64,000 nt of DNA from an uncultured Nitrososphaeraceae archaeon (GTDB lineage Archaea; Thermoproteota; Nitrososphaeria; Nitrososphaerales; Nitrososphaeraceae), in the NCBI GenBank assembly GCA_963779615.1, contig CAVZZA010000003.1, forward strand, positions 1,088,001 to 1,152,000. Reading direction: 5' to 3'. Shown here piece after piece: positions 54,104 through 64,000 of the stretch. Each line of letters opens with the position of its first letter. Within the stretch, counting starts at the first letter, position 1. Position numbers and translations under genes: made by a program. The notes beneath the pieces are model-generated. The model saw only the letters and a program-made list of their open reading frames with translations. It ran no database searches and had not been told where the DNA came from.

Positions 54104-55204
54104 TCAGGTCAAAAGTAGGCCAAGTTTGGATAAGCCTATAGCCTTTTTTATCTCCATGGCGATTCGCCGTCCCATACTCACAGAACTATCATACAACAGG
54201 TCAGAATATGGAGAGCCAGAAACATACAGGTTCGTGCCTGCAACAATCCGGGCGGAAAATTCAAACGCAGTAAAATTGGCATTGCTGTCATATACACCCT
54301 CTATGCAAAAGGGTCCAGGCATACCCGGAGGAACAAGTTTACTGGCAGCGCTGACAAACTTTTCGCCAATAGAATAAACCTCAGGCAACAACGATTCCCT
54401 CAGTACGATGGGAGAATTACCCACTACGGTATACGAAGGCACCAAATTGGATGATAGTTGATATTTTGCTGGAATTCTCCCTATCCCATCAATATCAGTT
54501 TCATAACGCCTGTCAACACCCAATAACTCCAATTCATTTTCAATAGGGGAATAAAAGAATTGCAAATAAACAGGAACGCCATTGGCATATCTTTGTATAA
54601 AAAGCTGCTCCTCTGAATCAATAACGTTGGACTCTACAAGTCTTTGAGATTGCTCCTCAAAACTTTTCCTATCAGTAACCAAAAAGTAACCCTTGCCACC
54701 GGCGGCTCCATGCAATTTAACAATGCACAATCCGTCAATATCATTTTTGGATAGCACCTGTTTGGGGGTTGACAATGAGGATTCATCCATTAATCGTTGT
54801 TTTAACAGCCTGTCAGCCTCCCACCGTAAAATCCACTTATTTCCAAAAATCGGTATTTTGATTTTTTCAAGACTGTCCACAGATATTGAAGACACTAGCG
54901 TCCCATGGGGTATCAAAATTGGATTATGCGCATCGATCAGGTTTTTTTGAAATTCAGGCTTTAGCATTTCCTGAAAATTGTTTAACACAACCAGTTTATC
55001 AATAAATTTAAACCTTTTGTAAAGGGAGACTCTTTTTTCTTCACAAATCAACAAAGTTTGAAATCCCTCATCTTTAGCCCCCTTTAGAACTTGCAGAGAG
55101 CAGTGCGACCCGAGTGTCATTATGCACCGAGGATTTGCAGGATTTGAATGGTTTTCGGTATCTTTAGTATCAACAGCGGCAGCGGCAGAAGGAGCAGCAG
55201 TCAT
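54104..55204 (-). CDS. purP: Formate-dependent AICAR formyltransferase (FAICAR synthetase)
   Basis: TLGSHCSLQVLKGAKDEGF, VVGN.PIVLRESLL, FEFSARIVAGTN, MGRRIA. Confidence 0.93.
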   Translation of the reverse strand: MTAAPSAAAAVDTKDTENHSNPANPRCIMTLGSHCSLQVLKGAKDEGFQTLLICEEKRVSLYKRFKFIDKLVVLNNFQEMLKPEFQKNLIDAHNPILIPHGTLVSSISVDSLEKIKIPIFGNKWILRWEADRLLKQRLMDESSLSTPKQVLSKNDIDGLCIVKLHGAAGGKGYFLVTDRKSFEEQSQRLVESNVIDSEEQLFIQRYANGVPVYLQFFYSPIENELELLGVDRRYETDIDGIGRIPAKYQLSSNLVPSYTVVGNSPIVLRESLLPEVYSIGEKFVSAASKLVPPGMPGPFCIEGVYDSNANFTAFEFSARIVAGTNLYVSGSPYSDLLYDSSVSMGRRIAMEIKKAIGLSKLGLLLT

Positions 55205-55513
55205 ATAACAGATATAGTATTGAAAAATCACCAGATTAAAGTTTTATTAAGGAATTTTGATAGCGGCGGTCACCACACAGCCACTACACTAAAAAAAGAC
55301 TCAGGAACGGATGCGAATCAGCATAGAATCTGTCTTTCAAACCATCATCTGAACACAATAGGCAAGACGGATCATCACAATTTTAGATTACTGGAAACCA
55401 AAACAACAAGGTAACAAAAATAAAATAAAGGCATTTTTGAAAATAACAGATAACCCTATTAAAAAAATTGATTTATTATGTTGGTTAAATAAATACTTTA
55501 TACCGTAGTTATC

Positions 55514-56074
55514 ATGTTTGAGAAAGATCACATAATCATCAACAGTGAACTGATTTACAATGGTCCAGTAAGGCTAAGGCTAGACACTTTTAAAGCTAAA
55601 GGAAAAACTTTTAGAAAAGAGGTAGTGGAACATAATGCATCTGTAGGCATAATCCCGGTAATAAATAAAGATGAAATCGTGTTAATAAAACAATACAGGC
55701 ATGCGGTAAACGAATACCTGATTGAGATACCTGCTGGCAAAATAGAGAACAAGGAGAAACCAATAGAAGCTGCAAAAAGGGAGTTGGAGGAGGAAACGGG
55801 ATTTAGGGGGGATTTGACTCCCTTGACTCAATGCTATCTAGCGCCAAGTTATGACACAGAGCTTATGCATTTTTTCATCGCAAAAAACATCCACAGGACA
55901 GACAGTTCACAAATAATGGATGATGATGAAAACATTTCAAGCATGATTGTAAAGATAGATGACGCACTGCAGTATTGTTTTAATGGAGGCATAAGGGACT
56001 GTAAAACGATATCAGCAATACTACTCTATTACATGTCATTTTTTAAATTAAACAGGCAAACTGCTCAAAAGTAA
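55514..56074 (+). CDS. NUDIX hydrolase (ADP-ribose pyrophosphatase-like)
   Basis: EIPAGKIE..E.PIEAAKRELEEETG Nudix box, KQYRHAV. Confidence 0.92.
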   Translation: MFEKDHIIINSELIYNGPVRLRLDTFKAKGKTFRKEVVEHNASVGIIPVINKDEIVLIKQYRHAVNEYLIEIPAGKIENKEKPIEAAKRELEEETGFRGDLTPLTQCYLAPSYDTELMHFFIAKNIHRTDSSQIMDDDENISSMIVKIDDALQYCFNGGIRDCKTISAILLYYMSFFKLNRQTAQK

Positions 56075-57320
56075 TTGTCATGTATGTAATTAACAATATC
56101 CTGTAACGCAGGGGGATCGTTGTAATAATTTTCAAGATATAAAAATGCAAACAGATTTGCAAAGCACAGTTTTTCCTCATTTGTAAAGTTTAGCAAATGA
56201 CCAAACAAAAATGCAGAGTCCCACGAGTCCCCGGCGCCGCTTACAATATCAATCTTGGATGGTGAGATTGAATTCACAAACACGGTGTTTTCACCATCGG
56301 ACCAAACAGAGCCCATAACGGTATGGACGCATACATCAATTTCAAAAAAATTAGCCAGAAACAGTGCGGATTTGCCAAGGTTGAGCGGTGTTGCCGGGTT
56401 TAAGCATACCGCTGTTAGAAACAAGGCATACCTTCGGTTTTTGGGAGAGCGCAAATTATTTGAATGCATTCGTTTTCGTTTACGCTTAGGAAATCAATTA
56501 ATTTTGAGTTGTTTTTTAAATCCTTGACAAATTCTAGCCTCCTTTCGCTTATATCAGCAGGGTCTAAGAAATGCAATGAATTTTTAGAATTTTCAAAAAC
56601 ATATTTCAACAAATCGGTTCCCCGTAAATTTGACGCCCAGTTTGTCAAAACCACACCAGACGAGGAACTTAAAATCGACAGCATGTCACCATCACCATCA
56701 CCATCAGCATGTTCAATCAATTCCGGTCCAAAGTTACGGTTATCGCCAACATCACTTAACATAACATTTGAAACAGAGAATGAGGAATTGGAGAATTCAA
56801 AAATAGTCGTTAATCCATGCTTTCCGTTTTTAATGTGCAGGTTTATTCGCGAGCCAAATTTTTTAAAAACGGTGTTCAGAACAGAGCAACCAACTTCATC
56901 CGCAACTGTAAAGAGATCAACTTTTGCGCCTAGCCTTGCAAGGCAATATGCGACATTAACAGCATTGCCCCCTTTTATGTCAACACTTTCAATGCCACGA
57001 ATGCTACCACCCCCCACACCAATTTTTTTGTCTATGGCATCTGTCAAATTTTTCATGTTGGAAATGTGGATAACCCTATCAATAAAAAAATCTGGCAGAA
57101 CGGTTATTTTAATACCTGCTCCGGATTTAGATTTCACAATCTCATTTAATTTGTAATAAATGCCTTTAAAAACGGGAGCAACATCAGATGGCGAGGAAAA
57201 AAGTTGATTGTCACTGCCTTCCCCATCTTTATTTGAATACTCTTTGTCAAGACAAACATGATAATTATCATTGTTGTTGTTTTTTGAATTGCGATCATTC
57301 CCAGAATAATATGTTTCCAA
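56065..57320 (-). CDS. PfkB-family carbohydrate kinase (one frameshift near 56440)
   Basis: GGNAVNVAYCLARLG, SVNENE, DIVSGAGDSWDSAF split across two ORFs. Confidence 0.85.
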
Positions 57321-57509
57321 ACTGTAAACTCATGAAACCCATTGTTAATATACATAATATTTTTTTATACACACACACTCGGGTTAATGCAATAGACCTA
57401 ATGGATGTTAAAAAATGAATCAAAAAAACCAAAATCAAAAAAACACAAAACAAAAAAAATCAAAATAAATAGAAAATGGGCAATAAATGGTTAACGGTAT
57501 TTGGGCAGG

Positions 57510-59215
<1,706 letters not shown>

Positions 59216-59337
59216 CTATTAGAATACTATAATTTTTAGAAAGCCCCTTTTATAGTTTTCATAATTATTTGCAAAAATGTCGGTTACACGGTCACTGCTA
59301 TTGAAAAAAATTTAACAGAGCAAACCAATAATTTTTT

Positions 59338-59752
59338 ATGGATTTCAAAATTTACCCACACGCGAAAAAGGAAAGGAAAACAACAGTCAAACAAAACCAA
59401 ACAACAAGTTTCCTCTGGGAGGGGGAAAATGTTTTTTCGACCCCATCCATGATTTCAGAAATGGAGGAAACCTGCAGACTGCTATTAAAAGAGCAATTCC
59501 TCAACAATAGCGTTGAGTTTGATTCTGTTGGAACTTTGGTGGACATAAAACACCTCGCTGCAACACCTGTAGGGGCAGAAATAACGCTATACGCGGAAAT
59601 AATCAGTGTAGGCGATAGCAGAATATTATTTAAAGTATCAGCAAAGGACAAAGTGGAGATTGATCGGTGAGGGAAACCATGAGAGATTTATCATCAACAT
59701 TCCAAGGTTCAAGGAAAGATTCAGCAAAAAAGTGGAAAAATTAAAAGAATAA
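59338..59752 (+). CDS. FlK-like hotdog thioesterase (frameshift near 3' end)
   Basis: VFSTPSMISEMEETC, SVGTLVDIKHLAATPVG; G.HERFII continues in another frame. Confidence 0.85.
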
Positions 59753-59802
59753 AGCACTAGATTTTGCATAAATGTGCTTTAAATCAACAATCATCCCACC
59801 GG

Positions 59803-60693
59803 TCAGTGAAAAAACGAATCCACCATAAATGCAATAAATAACGCGGCAAGGTAAGGACTGCTGAATTTAAAAACAAGCCAGGAAGTCTTCTCACTGGGTT
59901 TTATTAATAACCACAAAGATAGGATCATCATAACGACACCGAAAACAGCGGCAGTCATCAAGTAGATAAGGCCAAATTGATTAAAGAAGAAAGGTATAAC
60001 ACTAAAAACCACCATCATCAATGTGGTTATAGCAATTATTCTCACGGACTTTATTTCGCTTGATACTACAGGCAGCATTGGAACTTTGGCCTTTTTATAG
60101 TCTTCTTTTACATGCAAAGCTAGACTCCAAATATGCGTAGGGATCCAGAAAAAGACCAGGCCGGCCATTACAAAGCCTATTTCTATGTTTTGAAAAGTCA
60201 CTGCAACATAACCAATGAGGGCAGGCGCACCCCCCGAAAAACCACCCAAAATGATGTTGTATTGACTGGTTCTTTTAAGCCATTTGCTGTACACTATGAT
60301 GTTATCAAACAGGCCAAAAGCCATTAGCAAAAATGCCCATATGTTTATAAACCATGAAAAAATTAGCGAAATTGCAGCTAACACAAGCCCAAATGCAAGT
60401 GCATTTTTGGGCGATATTCGTCCTGATGGAATGGGGCGATCTTTTGTCCTATCCATAATGGCGTCTATATCCCTATCATTATATCCGGTAAGGGTATCTG
60501 CAGCGGCAGAACCAGCAGCAACTCCACCCAATAGCAGAATCCATGTTGTCAAACTGATCGGAATGTCAAATAACCATGACGCAGATATAGCTGCCCCAAA
60601 AGCTGTGAAAACCAGCAGATACCAAATTTTTGGTTTCGTAAGTTCATAATAATTTTTAATTTGGTCACCAACTGTTTTCCTCTCTAAAACCAA
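59803..60693 (-). CDS. cyoE: Protoheme IX farnesyltransferase (heme o synthase)
   Basis: ELTKPKI, DRDIDAIMDRTKDRPIPSG, VYSKWLKR, FFWIPTHIWSLA, DYKKAKVPMLPV. Confidence 0.95.
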   Translation of the reverse strand: MVLERKTVGDQIKNYYELTKPKIWYLLVFTAFGAAISASWLFDIPISLTTWILLLGGVAAGSAAADTLTGYNDRDIDAIMDRTKDRPIPSGRISPKNALAFGLVLAAISLIFSWFINIWAFLLMAFGLFDNIIVYSKWLKRTSQYNIILGGFSGGAPALIGYVAVTFQNIEIGFVMAGLVFFWIPTHIWSLALHVKEDYKKAKVPMLPVVSSEIKSVRIIAITTLMMVVFSVIPFFFNQFGLIYLMTAAVFGVVMMILSLWLLIKPSEKTSWLVFKFSSPYLAALFIAFMVDSFFH

Positions 60694-60759
60694 ATATACT
60701 ACTAACCTACCACAATACGTTAATTAAAATAGTTATTTATATCTTGACAGAGCCCTTTT

Positions 60760-61221
60760 TTATTTTGAGATGGGATTTGAAATCAACTCCCTAGAAGTTT
60801 TTCTCATCTCAATAAATGTCTCAGTTTTTTGCACCCCTTCAATGCGTCCAACCTTTTCTGAAATGATTTGGTGCATCTCATCAAGCGAGCGAGCAGTCAT
60901 TGTAACCAGTACATCAAACCTCCCGGTAACCTCGGCTACCTCCCTAACCTCGGGTATTTTAAAAAGCTCATTTAGGACATTATCCCGGAGTTTTGAATCC
61001 ATAGTTATTCCGGTAAGGGCCTTTACATTAAACCCTAAAGCTTCGTCATTTATTATGATTGTAAACTTCTTGATGAGTCCTCTCTTAACTAGTCGTTTAA
61101 TCCTGCTGTATACAACAGAAGAGTTAATGTTAATTTTTTTTGAAAGCCTGGGAACAGAGATACTTGCGTCTTTTGATAGTTCTCGCAATATCTTGAGATC
61201 AAGATCATCTATTCTGCCCAT
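60760..61221 (-). CDS. Lrp/AsnC-family regulator
   Basis: IDDLDLKILREL..RIKRLVKRGLIKKF, VTGRFDV. Confidence 0.93.
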   Translation of the reverse strand: MGRIDDLDLKILRELSKDASISVPRLSKKININSSVVYSRIKRLVKRGLIKKFTIIINDEALGFNVKALTGITMDSKLRDNVLNELFKIPEVREVAEVTGRFDVLVTMTARSLDEMHQIISEKVGRIEGVQKTETFIEMRKTSRELISNPISK

Positions 61222-61318
61222 GAAATTTCAAATATACTAAATTTTCGTGGTTAATAAATGTATTATTTTCATTTTTTTTATTTATTTTTATAAAGTTTAT
61301 TGAATTTTGAAAAAAAGA

Positions 61319-62400
61319 TTACATAATGTTTTTTGTTTTCAACAGTTCGGCTAATAGTACAGCTCCTTTCGCAGAACCCATTTTTTCATTGTGGGTTAAA
61401 AGAACATATTTTATCCCATTTTCAAATACTGAATCCTTTCTTAATCTGCCCACAACAGTAGTCATGCCATCATTAACTTCCCTGTCAATACGGGGTTGGG
61501 GCCGAGTGGGATCATCATTAACCAAAATGTAATCTTTGGGAGCAGAGGGAAGAGCCTTTATTGAAACATTTTCTGAAAACTTTATCATTTGTTTTGCAAC
61601 AGATTCAGGATCAGCTTTTGTGGATGTCTCAACAAAAACTACCTCTGTATGACCATCAGATACCGGTACCTCGTGCAGGTGCAGCTAACCTTGATCTCAT
61701 CAGAAATAATCTCTCCCGGTTGATCACTATATCTTCCAAGAATCTTTTTGGTTTCTATCTGAACCTTTTCCTCTTCCTTTGGGATATACGGTATTACGTT
61801 ATCCAAAATATCAAGAGCCGCGACACCCGGGGAGCGTCCAGCACCAGATAAAGCCTGCATGGAGGTCATTAGAACACTTTTTATGCCAAAATTAGCCATT
61901 ATTGGCTTTAGAGTTATAGCCAACCCTGTGGTAGTGCAGTTTGGCAAAGGGGCAATAAATCCCTGCCATTTGCGTTCCTTTTTTTGTTTATTCAGCAATT
62001 CTATATGATCGTCATTTATTCCAGGAATAAGAATAGGGACATCATTTTCATATCTGAAGGCAGCAGCAGTACTAATAACGGGAACTTGGGTTGCTAACTT
62101 GGGTTCGATTATTTGAGCGGCATCAGACTCGACAGCAGTAAAAATTAGATCAAAATCCTTGGGGTTGATATCATCTAACTTGGATATAACAGTATCACGT
62201 ATATACTCTGGAATCTGTTCACGGTTATGCCATTTTAAAATGCCTGAGTGGGGATCGCGTATAGCATCGATATATCTTTTTCCAGTGGATCTGTCGGAAG
62301 AAACAACATGAGTTAAATTAAACCAAGGATGTTTGTTAAGCGCAACAACAAATTCTTGGCCAACAGCTCCGGTAGAGCCAATTAGTGCAACCTTTAACAC
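61319..62400 (-). CDS. asd: Aspartate-semialdehyde dehydrogenase (frameshift near 61665)
   Basis: GSTGAVGQ, PNCTT, QALSGAG, NVIPYIPKEEEK, CTR, RPQPRID, GAVLLAE. Confidence 0.93.
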
Positions 62401-62502
62401 ACTATAAGCAAATTTAAAACATTTAATAATCCTTTTCAAATCAATGCCAATACAAAACTAAAATAATTGCGAAATAAATAAAAAGTCAAGTCAAAGCAAC
62501 AA

Positions 62503-63609
62503 ATGGTGAAAAAAAACGAATTGAATTTTTTTAACTGTCATCATGGGGGAATCCATTCGGTAAAAAATCACAATCTAGTTAAAATCGACTTTAGTTCCAA
62601 TATCAACCCTTTAGGCATCTCAAAAATGGTAATAAAATCCCTTATGGAAAACATAAACTTATCACATATTTATCCGGACCCAGGCTGTATAGAATTAAAA
62701 AAGGACATTTTAAAGCATTTACACAGCAACATTGTTGAAATCGATCAAATAGTTACCGGCAATGGCGCAACCGAATTGATTCACTACTTTGCATCCACAT
62801 TTGTGAAAAAAAAAGTTATCATACCATCTCCGACCTTTTGTGAATACGAGCTTGCATCTAGAAGAAATAGTGCTAAAGTCATTCATTCTCAAGTCAAGGA
62901 GGATTTTCAAATAGATCCAGAATTCATAGTAAAAAATGGCAACAATCCAAACAGCGGGATAACCACAATTTTTTTATGCAATCCCAATAACCCCACAGGA
63001 AAAGATTCAAAAAAACAGGTAGTTGAAATTTTAGAAAAAATTAACGATAAAATTACAATACTAATAGACGAATCATATGTCGAATTCCTAAATGACATGG
63101 ATCATAAAAGGCATAATTTTTTTATCAATTTAATCAAAGAATATAACAATGTGGTAATCCTTCGATCGCTTACCAAAACTTGTGGCTTGGCAGGACTTAG
63201 AATAGGATATGCGGCATCAAGCAAAAAATTAATCGAGAAAATAAACAACAAAGTAATTGCATGGAATGTAAATGGATTAGCTCAAATTGCGGCAAGAGAA
63301 GCATTGAAAGACAAAAATTACTTAAAATCTGCAAAAAGAATAATTGAAATTGAAAGGAGAAGAAGCTTCAACAGGCTGAAAAAAAATAACAAGTTACGAC
63401 CTATCAGCACTGACGTAAATTTTTATTTGATTGAAATCCTAAACAATAAAAACTCAACCGAAATAACAGACGAGATATTAAATAAAAACAATTTGCTGGT
63501 AAGGGACTGCAAAACTTTTACAGGAATGAACGACAAATTTATCAGAGTTGCAATAAAAACACCCAAAGAGAACAACAAGTTATTCAAAGCTCTGGAAAAG
63601 GCCTCATGA
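62503..63609 (+). CDS. cobD: L-threonine-O-3-phosphate decarboxylase (HisC-like PLP enzyme)
   Basis: HHGG, DFSSNINPLG, GNGATELI, CNPNNPTG, DESY, RSLTK..GLAGLRIGY; adjacent to cobQ. Confidence 0.85.
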   Translation: MVKKNELNFFNCHHGGIHSVKNHNLVKIDFSSNINPLGISKMVIKSLMENINLSHIYPDPGCIELKKDILKHLHSNIVEIDQIVTGNGATELIHYFASTFVKKKVIIPSPTFCEYELASRRNSAKVIHSQVKEDFQIDPEFIVKNGNNPNSGITTIFLCNPNNPTGKDSKKQVVEILEKINDKITILIDESYVEFLNDMDHKRHNFFINLIKEYNNVVILRSLTKTCGLAGLRIGYAASSKKLIEKINNKVIAWNVNGLAQIAAREALKDKNYLKSAKRIIEIERRRSFNRLKKNNKLRPISTDVNFYLIEILNNKNSTEITDEILNKNNLLVRDCKTFTGMNDKFIRVAIKTPKENNKLFKALEKAS

Positions 63610-64000
63610 ATTCAAAAATTCTAATGATCCAGGGAACATCATCTGGCGCAGGTAAAAGTCTGATGGTGACAGCGCTTTGCAGGATTCTATCAGACAAAGG
63701 CTACAAAGTTGCACCGTTTAAGTCACAGAACATGTCATCATTTATCTTTCATGTCAACAACACAAATAAAATAATAGCTCAAGCACAAGCAGTGCAAGCA
63801 TTAGGGGCCAGAACAGTGCCAGATGTCAGAATGAATCCCATATTGTTAAAACCCATAGGCAACTATGAAAGTGAAGTATATGTATATGGAGAGTTTCTCT
63901 CAAAAATGAATGCTCAGGAATACTATACAAATTTTGTTCTAAAAAAGGGATTCAAGTTGGTTTTAGAAGCATTCAAAAGCTTAAGGAAAGAAAATGACAT
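63606..64000 (+). CDS. cobQ: Cobyric acid synthase (partial, runs off the window)
   Basis: MNSKILMIQGTSSGAGKSLMVTALCRILSDKGYKVAPFKSQNMS..MNPILLKP. Confidence 0.93.
   Translation, partial: MNSKILMIQGTSSGAGKSLMVTALCRILSDKGYKVAPFKSQNMSSFIFHVNNTNKIIAQAQAVQALGARTVPDVRMNPILLKPIGNYESEVYVYGEFLSKMNAQEYYTNFVLKKGFKLVLEAFKSLRKEND

Overview
AT-rich archaeal DNA whose gene families point to an ammonia-oxidising archaeon of the Nitrososphaeraceae, probably Nitrosocosmicus-like (inferred from gene content, not from a search). The right ~13 kb (50994-64000) is housekeeping: NAC, PUA, MBF1, trm56, purP, NUDIX, PfkB, thermosome, heme o synthase, Lrp, asd, cobD, cobQ. topA lies at the left edge. Most of the DNA between is a large, decayed accessory region anchored on tRNA-Gly(CCC) (50831-50905, minus). 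Beside the tRNA are an intact tyrosine integrase with an RHH-like N-terminus, a Zn-ribbon gene and a frameshifted putative replication gene. Five further copies of the tRNA 3' end (36044, 28662, 26371, 21562, 20445) lie in the same orientation. Four keep the integrase-proximal GTCAACAA-repeat arm, one keeps the start of an older integrase, and the two most distant copies are the most decayed. This looks like a chronological stack of related elements integrated one after another at a single tRNA. The cargo includes four aquaporin copies, metal/arsenic genes and a non-coding CAACA-repeat element present five times. It also includes three secreted proteins sharing one ~45-aa N-terminal module fused to unrelated C-termini. 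A 183-bp MITE with TIRs and TSD, IS5 relics and many gene fragments are also present. Single-base frameshifts in core genes (thermosome, asd, NAC) suggest assembly indel errors, so single-frameshift pseudogene calls are uncertain.
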